64,000 bases of DNA from Felis catus (Eukaryota): the NCBI RefSeq assembly GCF_018350175.1, contig NC_058369.1, positions 152,520,001-152,584,000 on the forward strand, in the 5' to 3' direction. The notes below the pieces were generated by a model. It saw only the letters and a program-made list of their open reading frames with translations, was not told the DNA's origin and made no database searches. This document shows, piece by piece, positions 11,376 through 24,327 of the stretch. Each line of letters starts with the position of its first letter. The first letter of the stretch is position 1. The position numbers and the translations under genes were made by a program.

Positions 11376-12981
11376 ATAGGCTGATATTATTATGCTACAG
11401 AAGTAATATTGGGCAGCTGGGACTTTTTTTTTTTTTTAACCTAAACACCATTCTGACCTTTAATCACCTTTGGGGCTCATGGAACACAAACCACATCTCA
11501 GACCAGATCATTCAGATGACGCTACACCAGCACAAAATTGTTTTATCCATAAATGTATTTGTGCTCAGAATGTGGATTTTCAAGAACAGAAATCGAACAG
11601 ATTTGTATGAGAAGACACGCAAAAAAGAATGACATCAAACGGGGGCTGAAATCAGTGACCCAGCACCTCTTTTCACAGTATTAGAAGCTATAAATTGTCT
11701 TAAATACACAGTACCGTCTTTAACCCTGAATGTCTTCTGTCACCAACAGCAATATTTTTCAGAACACTTCTCTTTACCGCCCTTTCCCCATTCAATAGTA
11801 ACTGTGTCTGATATTCACTTAGTTTCACCAAAATTGTTATCTTTTCATTCACTGATTTGGACTGTCAGGGGTCACACGGCTCTATATTACTCTTATCCCT
11901 TTGATCACTCTTATCCCTATTTGATTTTTTCAGTTTTTATTTATTAAAGCTAATGAAGTGCAAGGCATGTGATGTGAGGGCCACAAAGATGAACAAAGCA
12001 TGGATTGTGTCTCCCGAGGGTGACCACTGCCCTGAGAAGCAGCCTGGATGCCCCCAAGTCACCTTCTCATTTCAATTTTTGGAGTAGCTGTATGTCTGCA
12101 TTGGCAGATTCCAACACCTTTTTTTTCAAGACACGGCTATTTTAATTGTGATTTTATTTCCTAGATACTGTCAAAAGCCACTGATTTTGGGAAGCGGATT
12201 TTGAGTCGGCTGCCCAAAGAACTGGAGCCTGGTAATAAAGATTGCAGAGGCTATTAACAGGGAAAGCAAATGGAAGGCTCAGCTCACATTTGAGAAGGCC
12301 CTTTCCTTTCAGGTCTGAAATGTGGGGCTACCAGTCTTTGGCCCTAGGTAGCCATACGCTGACATACAGCTAAGACGTGCTGAGAGGCACAGTCCCGAAT
12401 CATACGGGCCACTCACACGGGGCCATGATGTCAAACAGAGCAGAACGTTGTTGGCTCTTGCTGTCCTTCAATCCTTCCTGCTACTTGAAGCCCTCCACCT
12501 ACTGCCCCTGCCCTGACTCATCGCCCGTCGTCTGCCACTAAAGGGTATGAAACAGTAATCTCAACCGTCAACTACTCAGTGCGTAACCATTTGGTGACTG
12601 GTAAACTTTCCTTCCTTTCCTCCTTTTACAATATGTTCTTTTTTCACTGCGGAGAGTTTTACATCAACATAACTCTACTTCTGTATTCCTTGGTGGCTCT
12701 GGACTGAATAAAACCTAGACCACCAGTCTTTTTACGTTGTTGTATCTACTTAATAGTCTATATTTGGAAACATTTCCCCTTAGAAGTATATATGTATGGG
12801 AAAGATTATATCAAATTCACAGAACCATCCTCTTGGTGTTAGGGTTACCTGGCCACTTCCACAGAGTTCATTTAGGAATATTAGGCTACTGTCTCATTCG
12901 GTAGGCTGATTTTAAGCCATGTTCTTGGGGCACGTCCAGTGTGTCATTAAGAAGGTTGTATGATCTAGCCCCACTACTCTT

Positions 12982-13198
12982 TTTTTTAAATTTTTTTTAA
13001 TGTTTGTTTATGTTTGAGAGAGAGAGACAGAACGTGAGTGGGGGAGGGCAGAGAGAGAGGGAGACACAGAATCCGAAGCAGGCTCCAGGCTCTGGGCTGT
13101 CAGCACAGAGCCCGACACAGGGCTCAAGCTCATGAACCGTGAGATCATGATCTGAGACAAAGTCACAGGCTTAACCAACTTAGCCACCCAGACGCCCC
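12982..13198 (-). mobile_element. SINEC_Fc with TSD ccccactactctt
   Basis: Reverse-complement CAN-SINE; direct repeat at 12969 and 13202. Confidence 0.95.
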
Positions 13199-13919
13199 TA
13201 TCCCCACTACTCTTCCTGAACTTCCTCTCCATTACCTAAGAGTGAGCTGTAAATGAGCGGTAGCTCTGAGAATTTAAGTAAACTCTCAGAATTATCCAGC
13301 TATTTAGTGGTGCAATTCAAACACAGGCCTCTTGTACTTCAAAGCTCATGGTCTTATATACTTAGTTTTATGGCTTTTAGAGGAATTACTGGGGGTTTTG
13401 AGGGGTGGGTGGAATTTATGCAGGTCAAGTTTGAGAGAAGTTGTTTTTTGACTCAGCTCAAGCAAAAACATGAAGAAATTTGAAATGATCAAATGGTTCC
13501 TTTGACTATGGCATTGAAGGATTTTTCATAGTTTCAGCCTTCATTAACTGTCAAACTAATCTGTATTTCTTATCAGAGTTCACTGCCTGGTAACTCAAAA
13601 TTTTTCCTCTCTCAAATTCTCTGGTCACATTGCTTGGGCACTTTCCATCCCCACGTTTCCATGTGCTTAAGAATCCCACCTAAATATGGCAATCAATGAG
13701 TACAGTGAACCACAATCCAGAGAGGAGAAACTGAAACAAAATTCATGTAAGTGACATTATGATTACATAGTGTAAGAGAAGTTTGCTGTAAGAGTTACCT
13801 GGTTGCAATTCTCAACTCCATAGGAATGACCAATATTAACAGGTTGTTTAGCATGTGACATGATTATCACTTCTGTTACAACTTTATTTTCAAATCTGTA
13901 CAACTATGCTTACTGCAAT

Positions 13920-14200
13920 TTTGCTTAGAAAAACAATGGCAAAAACTGTATATAACCTAAATTTCTATCCAGAGAGACAGTGTTAATACATACCATGGAA
14001 TAGAGTAGTAGTTTTAAAAACTGAGTTAGAGCTTCATTTATTAGCAAAGCATAATCTCCACGGTATATTACTATTAAAAATAAGTACAAAGAAGACAAGT
14101 CCATTTTTATCAAAAAGAGAAAAACCAAATATGTATCCAGGTATGCCTGTGTTTGTATAAACTTGCAGAAAGGTACCAAAAGGTGCACACTAGAAAGGTG
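13920..14200 (+). mobile_element. Ancient L1 (L1ME-like) 3' fragment
   Basis: aacctaaatttctatc...catacc atggaata...aaaaactgagttagagct resembles a decayed L1 ORF2-end/3'UTR. Confidence 0.5.
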
Positions 14201-14575
14201 TGGTCCTAAGGTCTACTTTGAGTGGAGATTTAAAAACCAAAGAGAAGTCTAGAATTATACATAATCGGAAAATTAAGATAAACCGAGATCATAAAATCTG
14301 TCAGACTTCACTACTCAAGTAGCTAATGGAAGTCAAAGAGGAATACCTTGAGGACATTAGTATCAAAGACCAATGCCTATGTGGATGGATTAAAATTGGA
14401 GCAGGAATAAAGAGATGATTATTGACAAATAATTCACAGTAACTTAAAGCCAGGGTCCATAAACTTCTTCCTACGCTGACATTCTTCACTACTGATGGAC
14501 CACATTCGTGACTAGGTGACCACGATTCAGATAATTCCTACATCTTGTCTATCTACATCCCTTTCTCTCCTACTC

Positions 14576-14604
<29 letters not shown>
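14576..14604. repeat. Poly(A) run of about 29 nt
   Basis: Read directly. Confidence 0.95.
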
Positions 14605-14606
<2 letters not shown>

Positions 14607-14794
14607 AAGAAAGAAGGAGAGAGAATCAAAATACAAGTGATAGTATGGAGGTAATATTGAATTTGAAATAATTTTGTTTGAAATTAACTGGTATCGCTAA
14701 CACGTTGCGGGGGATGTACCTCATATCACGTCAACAGCTCACCGTATCCTCACACTGGGCCTGGCACACAGGTAGAGCAGGTGGCCCTGGCATT

Positions 14795-15760
14795 AGGGAA
14801 TCCTGGATTTAGGGGCGGCAGGAGGGTGGCCAACGGTGCAGTGCAGACTATAAGTCAGACTGGAGCTGAAAAGGGGAAGTGAGAAAAACAAAACAGCCCC
14901 TCACAGGAGGGCGAATATTGGCCCCGAGGGCAGACCTGGGCTTCATGGACCCTCTAGGGTGAACACGGCAACATCCACGTCACTAAACAAGAGTGGCCGG
15001 GAAGATGTTGGCTTTGTGAATGCTGCGCACGAAAATAAATGTAAAGAGACTCAATTTCTGATAGAAGCAAGAACGAGCTTAAAAACATGCACCTTTCGAA
15101 AGCAATCTGGCTGTAGACAGTTAAGAAATACAATTGTGTGAATGTAGCAACACTGCACGGGAGATTCACATGAAGAACCTGACAATGCCACCGATGCTTC
15201 TGGTGCTAATTCAGGGCTTCTAGTCTCTTCAGTGCTCTCAAACGAATCATCAAATCTTCGATTCATCAAAGAAATAAGATACTTGCTCATTTTATGTTCT
15301 GGTATTTTCTTCATATAAATGGCGTGACGTAGAGGAATATGACTGTCCTTGTCTTGTAACGCAGGCTGCATCGTGTAGCCCTGGACATCCCACGCTCCTC
15401 TCTACTTTAAGTGTAATAATCTCCTAAAATTGCATGCTCTTTCAATGAATAATATTAACAGATTCATTTCAAAACAATCCCTGATAATATGAATTTTTTA
15501 AATGTATGCTAATGGCAAACCAGTTTCTCATGCTAAAAATACAGCCACGTGCACAAAAGCAAACCTGTTATTTCTCATACATATATATTTTTGAAAGTCA
15601 ACTGGCATCAATTACATGTAATTGATAAGGAAATTATCTGAACCACTATTTGGCACGCATATGGCAAACTTGCCCTTAATTTATATTCAATTACTCATAG
15701 CTGATGCACGCATAATTTAATGAAGGCACAGCAGCCCCGTTACACACTCCAGTAGTTAAT
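14795..15760 (-). mobile_element. Possible decayed hAT (Tip100-like) DNA transposon remnant
   Basis: TIR-like ggatttaggggcggcagg near 14804; minus ORF 15051..15371 contains LISLMNRRFDD and PELA...SSCES, reminiscent of hAT transposase C-terminal motifs. Not verified by search. Confidence 0.3.
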
Positions 15761-16139
15761 TCAATTAAGCAGTATTCACCTAGCATCTAACTATACTTTC
15801 CCTGTGAAGGAATGTTTTTTTCCTTTCATACAACTTAGGGAAGATGGAAGAGGCAAAGAGGCAAACCAGAAGTCCCTTTGGGCTGGGAATCCTTGCTTTA
15901 TTCAATAATGTCCAGTCAATAACCACTTTACTTTTACATTGATCATCTTCTGGCCCAACCCATCTATTCATTTTTTTTTCTCCATTCATCACCAAGTTGT
16001 ATAAACATCTCTCTTCATCCTTGGTGAACAGATCCATGAGGGATGGTTACAAACACATGTTTAAACATCTCCATCCAACTATAATCCCAATTAATAGACT
16101 TGCTACTATTATTTTTATCTTTCAAAACTCTTTGTCTTC

Positions 16140-16340
16140 AGAGCGCCTGGGTGACTCAGTCGGTTAAGCACCTGACTCTTGATTTAAGCGCAGGTCATGA
16201 TCTCATGGTTCACGGGTTAGAGCCCCGCTTTGGGCTCTGTGCTGACAGCGCAGAGCATTCTCTCTATTCCTGTCTCTCCACCTCTCCCCTACTCATGCTC
16301 TCTCTCTCTCAAAATAAATTTTTTAAAAATTAAAAAATAA
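16140..16340 (+). mobile_element. CAN-SINE
   Basis: gcgcctgggtgactcagtcggttaag head, CT region, A tail. Confidence 0.92.
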
Positions 16341-17119
16341 GCGACCCTTCCTCCTCAAACCTACTTTACTATAGCTCCTACAGCAGCAGAAATAGAAATG
16401 GGATGCCCATTTCCAAAAGTAGCTTTGAAAAATGAAGAAATAATGATGGTAGTAGATGAAAATGAGAGATATTCAAACATTTTTAAGAGCCCTTCCGTGT
16501 GAGAAAGTCCTCTATCCACAACAACTACTGTGTGCATGTGTCATTAGCAGTATTGCCTTCACTTGCAACAGACCTGGCCCCAGGCAAGTCTTATTTTAAT
16601 TCTTCATTTGATCCATCGCTGACAGCTTTGATTAGCTTGAAGGAACAATACTAAGTTCCTAGCTAGCCCCTGTCCTTCTCTAAGACAAGATAAATTAATT
16701 CCCAGGACGACTCCTTTAAACTTGTTTTAACCCATCCATTGAAAGACTTCTAAAATCCAGAAAACAAATTAAGGAGAAAGAGGCTTCAGAGAAAGGAGAG
16801 AGATGAATAAGGATAGTCAATATGAAGAGAGGAGAAACAGATCAAGTATTTGTGGGCAAAGGCTGTCTGTCTAGGATAGCCTCTGATGGCATATATAGAT
16901 CTATCTCCCAGAAGATCACGTAGTTATGTAAAGTGGGGGAAAAGGATCAGAGGATGAACAAATTGATACAGACTCAGATGTGACCAAGAGTTTTTTCTTA
17001 TGGAAGAGACAGACATTTCTAAAGGATGAAAGAACTTTCTAAAAATGTTCCATCTATTTTGAAATATTCCAGCCATTCTGGTGTTAAAGGAAATTAATTC
17101 TTTTAAAAAATATTTTAGA

Positions 17120-17344
17120 TCCTTTTTTAAAATGTTTATTTCTTCTTGAGACAGAGGGGTGGGGGGAGAGATAGAGAGAGAGAGCAGGGGAGGGGCAGAG
17201 AGAGAGGAGTCACAGAATCTGAAGCAGGCTCCAGTCTCGGAGCCATTAGCACAGAGCCCCATGCGGGGCTCAAACTCCAGAACTATGAGATCATGACCTG
17301 AGCTGAAGTTAGACATTTAACCCACTGAACCACCCAGGTGCCCC
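17120..17344 (-). mobile_element. SINEC_Fc
   Basis: Reverse-complement CAN-SINE; aaattaattctt repeated at 17091 and 17351. Confidence 0.93.
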
Positions 17345-17729
17345 TAAGTAAATTAATTCTTAAGAAGAATCACCTGGATGGATTCCTTTTTTGCAGCTGC
17401 TTTTGAATCCTATTGTATTTTTTTTTTTTACAGCTCAAATTGTTAGCTCATAATATTTTGGAAGGCACGCTCCTGTGTGGCAACTACATCAGTACCTCAT
17501 GGAGCACTACCCAGGGGAAATGGGAAACTAAGTGTCTATAAAAAACCCTAACTGTTCCTGGTTCTATTACCCATGATTCTCTGTTTATTCTTCTCTGCCA
17601 TATCCACAGATGCCTCTGTTTTCCTGCACTATTTTTTCTCTTCCTGCTCCTTTTTCTTTTCCTCTTCTCATCTAGGACTTACATCTGCCCGTGGTCCCCA
17701 GTCATGTCCTGAGAGTCATTAGAATGACT

Positions 17730-17950
17730 CAGAGCTTCTCAAGGCCCTCACTGTTGACAGTAGGGGGACAGATAATTCCTTGCTGTGTGAACGGCTGTCC
17801 TGTGCATTGTAACGTGTTTAGCAGCATCCCTGGCCTTTACTCAACGGACTCCAGCAGCATCAGCTCTCCTAAATGTGACACACAAAAATGTCCAAACTGC
17901 CAAATGTCCCATATAAAGGAGCAAAATCTCCCCCTGGTTGAGAATCGCTG
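17730..17950. mobile_element. MER20 (hAT-Charlie)
   Basis: ttctcaa...cactgttgaca...gataattccttgctgtg...ctgtcctgtgcattgta...gcagcatccctggcct...ccccctggttgagaatcgctg. Confidence 0.85.
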
Positions 17951-18781
17951 GGACAGTTGTGTCCGCTTCTGCTCCTTAGCTTAATGACTTGGGGTTAAAA
18001 TGGGATATGTGAAGACCAGGGCGGCAGCAGAGAAGGAATTATCTCATAGTCAGGTGGCCTCAAGAGGCATTTCTATCAACTAGGTAGGCAGAGTTCAATT
18101 TCTCTCTGACTTCTCCTTTATCTGTGAAGCTCAGGAATATCCTGAATCTGCCAGCACCGTGCATTCTGCTTGTCTAACTTATGAGTTACAGGTTACAAGA
18201 GATGCCATTAAGATGGAGGGGCTTTGTATTCGGGCCTCAGAGACAGTGCAGGCAGGGATCTTCAGCAGGCTATAAATATCCAGCACATTCTTGGATAACC
18301 CATAATGCCTTGTTAGGTTAATACAAGGTGTCATTTTTGAGCCTTCGTGCTTTGTTGGCAACTCGCTCTGAATTTAGTAAAAGAAGAAACCAAAGCAAAG
18401 ACATGCCTAAATGGCTAGGAACTGCCACATGCCTCGCTAATAAGGTGACTTGGGCACTCATACGCCTTTCTAAATGCTGTGCTTTCTCTTGAGTTTTTCC
18501 TAGCCTTAGAAAACAGCTAAAATGCCAACTGCCCATTAGTGAGCTGATAGGAATTTCTGAAGTTGTTTTTTTTATTTAACTTACTTGTATTTATTCATTC
18601 CATCACAGTTAATTCTCCAAGTTTACTTAGTGCCATCTCATCCACAAAAAAGTCCATTTCAAAGCATTTAAGACATTCTGACAGGTCTCTTTCTCTTACA
18701 TCACCCCCCACACCCCAATACCAAGACAGACTAACTACAGAGTCTGACATGATCAGTTTCTGCATTAGGAAACAAAGATTT

Positions 18782-18998
18782 AGGGGCGCCCGGCAGCTTA
18801 GTTGGTTAGGCATCCAACCCTTGGTTTCGGCTCAGGTCATGATTTCACGGTTTCATGAGTTCAAGCCCTGTGTTGGGCTCTGGGCTGGCAGCAGCACGGA
18901 GCCTGCTTGGGATTCTGTGTCTCCCTCACTCTCTGCCCCTCTCCCGCTCACACTGTCCCTGTCTCTTTCAAAATAAACTTAAAAAAAATCTTAAAAAA
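18782..18998 (+). mobile_element. CAN-SINE
   Basis: Head ggggcgcccggcagcttagttggttag, CT region, A tail. Confidence 0.92.
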
Positions 18999-19069
18999 TA
19001 TTACCTGCCAGTTTAATCATTTCCTGCCAGTTGGTTTAGTCACTTTCTTCTTAACACTAATAGCACCTC

Positions 19070-19273
19070 AGGGTGCCTGGGTGGCTCAGTTGGTTAAGCA
19101 TCACAGCGTGCCTTGATTTTGGCTCTGGTTGTGATCTCATGGTCATGGGATCGAGCCCTACAAAAGGCTCTGAGCTGATAGCATGGATCCTGCTTGGGAG
19201 TCTCGCTCTCTGCCCTTCCCCCACTTGCACCCTCGCTCTCCCGCAAAATAAATAAACATTAAAAAAAAAAAAA
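19070..19273 (+). mobile_element. CAN-SINE with TSD ctaa(t/c)agcacctc
   Basis: Head gggtgcctgggtggctcagttggttaag, poly(A) tail, flanking direct repeat. Confidence 0.92.
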
Positions 19274-19289
19274 AGCTAACAGCACCTCT

Positions 19290-19700
19290 ATCCCGTGGTT
19301 TTTCTACACATCCTCAGAGTATTTTAGAATCCAGTCTCCTTCATCTCAGCCTCTCAGCAGCAATGACACAATTCACCGTTTCCTCCTTCTCTAAGACACA
19401 TTTCACTCCTGGCTTTCATGATACCACCTTCGACCCATTAGTACATGGTGTTATGACTTCAAGCCCTCCTCTTTATCTAAAGTCTCCCTGGGTGATGTCC
19501 TCCAGCTTCATCATTTAAATACCATCCATTTCCTAACGATGTGCAAATTTCTATCTCCAGGCCTGAATTTTTCGAGCTTTAAAATGTGTACATCTAATTT
19601 CCTACACACCCAAACCTCTTGGATCTAATAGGCATAACAAAATCAGTGTGGCTAAAACAGAACTCTCTATTCACCACCCCTCTCACTCACTCCTCCTCCT
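19290..19700 (+). mobile_element. L2 fragment
   Basis: ctctcagcagcaatgacaca...ggctttcatgataccac...tttaaataccatc...aaaacagaactc. Confidence 0.6.
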
Positions 19701-21299
19701 CCTGACTGCCCAAGATCCCAAGCAAACATGTACATTCATCTTCCCCCAACTCCTTCCCTTAACCAGCTCTCCTTTGTTCCACTCAGGAAATTTCCTCACC
19801 ACCCTCTCCCTACTCTCTGGCCATGTTAATTCAAACAGTCTCTCTCACTTAAGCTGCCTGTTCAGTGAGCAGATCTTGGGCTTAGACCCTAGATCTTTTT
19901 CCCACTCCTCCCTTAATACCCAAAGGCCCCTGATTTTTATAATTCCGCAAGGAGGGGTGGGGGCACATAACACTCCAGACACTGAAGTTTGGCCACTGCA
20001 TTGGCTAGCCTGTATGGTCAGTGCATAAAATCTTCTGAAGTGACATTGACAATACAACAGTTTTGACACCCAAGTTTGACTTGACTGCAAGCAAACAAAA
20101 ACACAGCAAACTTCTGATATAGTCAATAAATACCACTAATTCTTCTGCATGTTTTTGTTACCAAATAATAAATGAAACAACCACCTCCTGATCTCTGTGC
20201 AAACACATACAAACGTGGTGCAGAGAAAACACAGTACAAAATATCTACCTGTCACAACTCTCACAGCAAAATAACTATATCAAATAAGCCAGGATAATAA
20301 ATAGTATTGGTCTCATAAAACTAGTTAGAATAAATATCTGAAATGTCTAAATAAAAATGCAAAGATGCAAAACATCCATGAGAAAAGAGTACAAACTCTT
20401 TAAAAACACAGACAAACAGACTCGCAAAATCTTGGGTAATAGGTCAATTTTTAAAGAGCAGAGATCAGCCCTAGCCTCTAAAAGTACTGAACTTTTAAAA
20501 ATAAAATGAAACTGAAATAGTGGCTTTAGGTAAATATGCAAGTAGCTACCGGGAGGAATGTTGTGCTCTATCTAAAAATAAAGTGGAAATTTGCCCTTTC
20601 GTGGTTGATAAAAAGCAGTCTCAGAACTAGTGTTGTTTTTTTTTTCCTCAATGTAAACACACCCTAAGTGAATTCCTATCCCTTTTATTGCAGCCAGATG
20701 GAAGAAAGGACTCTTGAATAGTGGGGTACTTTGTTTGAAACTTAAACCCACAAACAAACAAGAACACCAAGACTATTTCTGTCATTAAGCATCAGGATAA
20801 TTAGGCTGCCTGGACCCAGGGCATTATCCACTGGCAGGAGGAGAAGCTACCAACATGTTACAAGGTATAAAGTTTTTAAACATTGTTGTTTACACAAAAA
20901 GATATTCAGGTGCAAATTTCAGGTGCAGCATCAAAGAAACCAAAAACAGATGTGAGGTGCTAAACCAGGATTCACAGATTTAGACATCTTTAAACACCTG
21001 TCCCCCCACATGGAGTTATAAAAAGGTCTAGGACAGGGTATTTGGAGGGAGTCTTGGCATGCTCTGACTCCCACACACCCTCCCGCAGGGAAGGGGACTG
21101 ACCTCTCAGAGAAAAGGACTTTACCGGGACTGCTCAGAGCTTTGAGTTTGCCCCCCGTAGTCTGGGGTATACTGCGCAATGGGATCTGAACCGTGCCTGA
21201 GAAATCTAATTTCTAAGAGGATGGCTGGAGAGACCTGTATAGCAGAGTAGGGGCAGGGAAGTGGGGAGGTAACAGCCCTCCCAGAGACTGTTGGGGCAA

Positions 21300-21715
21300 A
21301 GGATATCTGAGTGTTCTCCTGTGGACTTGATGTGGATCACGAGAGACAGGCAGGCTGGGTTTCTTAGATCCTGTCCAAAAGACCAGGATGCACCAGTCAG
21401 ACTGCATTTTAGAACATCTGCTTGATGGTTGTGGGAAACAGAGAACTCACTTTCCTGGATGTGAAGAAGACACATGCAGCCCTGGTTGCTAATGGCAGCC
21501 ATCTTGGACACGGAAACATCTAGTTCAGAGGTGAAATTGACAGAAAGAAGAGAACAGAGCAGAAAGACCAGCAGAAAAATGGAGCATGAAGCATGGCCAA
21601 ACCGTACGTTAAATCCACCCTTGATCTGAACTTTTTTGCTGATGTGAAATGATAGACACTTTCCCCGTCAAACTAGTGTGAACTGAGTTTCTAATATTTG
21701 TCATTAAAAGCACTT
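21300..21715 (+). mobile_element. MLT1 (ERVL-MaLR) solo LTR, old subfamily
   Basis: gcctggttgctaatggcagccatcttgg and terminal ctgagtttctaatatttgtcattaaaagcac. Confidence 0.55.
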
Positions 21716-21962
21716 CATTTTATAATCTTTTCTAAATGATCTGGGAGAAAGTTCACAACCCAAATTTGTGCTATACTAGGATTGCCCAAAACCAGGAAAA
21801 TGTAAAAGAATCAGAATGTCCACTTCACTTGATTCTTAGAGTAAACTCTATCCCTAGGGAAGATGTGGCCTCTAATCCAAATGAAGCATTGATTGAAAGA
21901 TGGACCTTCTTTTTGGGGGGATAAGGGGGTAAAAAAAAGAAGGGGGTTCAATTATGTGTTAC

Positions 21963-22007
21963 CTGGTAATGAACTCTCTGGGAGCCAGAAGAAACTGACT
22001 GCAGGTC
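21963..22007 (-). CDS. DGKI: DGKI internal exon, 45 nt, phase 0-0: DLQSVSSGSQRVHYQ
   Basis: Acceptor attttcccattag|GACCTG, donor CAG|gtaaca; matches the DGKI linker as I recall it. Confidence 0.93.
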
Positions 22008-24247
22008 CTAATGGGAAAATGGGAAAAAAAAAAATCCATACCTTAAAATGAGTTTTAACAAGTTGTCTCTACCACTCTATCAACTGAACGCCCAATTTAA
22101 TATTATTAAACTCAGCTAGAAAGTATCTAACTCTTCCAAATTCATCAAGGTTAAACAAAGAAGATAATGCCCCAAATACCAAAAGCATACCAAGCTGGAC
22201 TGAGAGAAGAAAGGCCATTTAGCTACTGAAATCTGTAAATTTTAAATGGTTTAGATGTGATAGAACGGTTTAGATGTTTAGTGATAGAATGCCAAGGATC
22301 GAGAAGACCAAAAGTAAAAAACAGCCCATTTTAATAAAAAAGAGGTCATATTTAATTTGCACCTGAACTTTTGGCTTATGAAGAAAGTCTCTAAAATCCC
22401 TCTAAGTACTTAGGAAGAATTTATTCATCTTAGACCTAATACAAACTGTCACAGTAATTGTGTTTATACTGAGAAGTACTAGGCAAACATGGGTTTTCAT
22501 AGTCGGTGAAGAGAAAATCGTTGGCCACCTTTGCATTATCACGAAGTGCAAATTAATAGGGTTGAAACTAATGAGGTTTTGCTGGCAGATTCTGAGAGCC
22601 TGAATCCCTTTATAAAGTATATAACTAAGTTGTCACCGTGGTCATGTCCTGAAGGTTTCCTTGTTAATGAGTGTAGTGATTCTATTTACAGATGTCGGCA
22701 ATCCTGGGTTCCTTTGTCCTCATACCTGCTTCCCACGGGGCTTTACCAACTTACTCTCTGTGCCCAACTTAGTTTTAAAATTTCTCTTTGAGTTCATTCA
22801 TTATTTTTTTTAATCCTACTTTTAGTTGAATATTAGTATTATAAGCATGCTAATAGGTTAGTTTTCAACAAAGTCAATCCATCAGTCATGTAGTTTGCTA
22901 CTGTGAAATCTCAAATTACCTATGAGTTAAAAAAAAAAAAGGTTTGGTATCATTTATGATTTGCTTTTTTATTGCAGGTTTTTTGAGTGAGGTTGCACAA
23001 TAGCATAAAACCATTATTTTGAAAAATGAGACATGTTGTGTTCCAGGAATATTTATTTGGGCCTGAGTCACACACTACAAAGTCCACAAATTTTAACATG
23101 TTAAAGTTATCCTTGGTAAAAAACAGCCGAATGAAACCACAAGGGTAAAATTTGTTGACTTTTCTTCTCTCACCCATATCAGTATTCAAAATCTGGTATC
23201 TACATCAAAATATATTGTGTTCACAATTCCATTTCTATCCTTAAAAATGGTGAAGAAAAAAAGTCATAATTTTTCACCTTACTTTATGCCTTCTGCCTGT
23301 ATTTATTTCTATCCGGAGAAATAGAATCTAATGTTCAAAGCTAAGTGGCTACAATTTGAAGGGATTTTAAGTTCTATTTATCTTCTTTATTTGTGATATT
23401 TACTTATGTAGAATGTGTCGTCTAGAAGGGAGTTGTTCATCTTGTGGTATCTATCATAATTACCCAGTAGCTTTAAAAATAGCAATGTCTAGACCACATC
23501 CAGAAAATAAATGTTTTAATGTGCATCTTTCATCAAAAAAAAAAAAAAAAAAAAAACAACAATGAAAGAAGTGATTGTTTATGCTTTCGCCATTTGTAGA
23601 ATAAAGACAGGGAATACTCCCCGTCAAAGTATTGCAAGAACAATCAGTGGCCACTGCAGGGATCGCTTTGGGTCCCTGGCTTTGCTGGTGCAATTCAAAT
23701 TCATGAGAATGCGATTTATGAGGTCTCCTCCATTGTCTTCCTCTATGGTAAGCCAGATTGAGGGAAAGAATCGAGAATTCCTCTGTGTTCTGACACAAAT
23801 TTCTCTGAGGTATAGAAGGTTTTTCTTTCCTGTAGAAGTTACATTTTTAAAAAATGTAGCGATCTCTGACAGAAGTCTGTGCTAGTCTGTGTGTTTCGTA
23901 TAACATTAAACCACCTAACTCTCTGTTTTCCTTCATTATTCATCAGGGCCCTTTGAAATTCAATATAGCTCAAAAAATACAGATACGCAGTGTGGCAAGA
24001 AGACAAGAAGTTCCAAGCTATGGTTATGGATCACACTAGAGCAACCTTCTTTCCCATTTCAACCACGGGAGGAGGGAAAATAGCAGTGGGGCTGGGGAGA
24101 GAGACGATCTGGTCGATGCTTAAAAGACAAGGACACCACGTTTCCATTTCCTTCTCAAATGCATCATTTCAGAAGCAAATATATACGGTTGGTAATTGCT
24201 TACAGAAATGGAAAACTGAGAGTAAACGATTGGCTAAAGAAACTCAC

Positions 24248-24327
24248 CTCCTGTAGGCGATCTATGTACATACGGCAAGTCTCCAAGTCACAGTCTCCAC
24301 GCACAACTAGAATACCCAGAGGGATAG
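24248..24327 (-). CDS. DGKI: DGKI internal exon, 80 nt, phase 1-0: (S)IPLGILVVRGDCDLETCRMYIDRLQE
   Basis: Acceptor ttttctctttccttcacccttag|CTATC, donor GAG|gtgagt; frame-compatible with both neighbours. Confidence 0.96.

Noticed and set aside
14560-14625. Long poly(A) suggesting a processed pseudogene or retrocopy end
   Set aside because: No recognisable upstream mRNA or SINE body and no TSD identified.
15292-15423. Possible alternative last exon (ttttag|GAGATT..., EIITLKVERS...ENTRT*) in frame after the 45-nt exon
   Set aside because: The pyrimidine tract is very short, the peptide is unrecognisable and the region may be transposon-derived.
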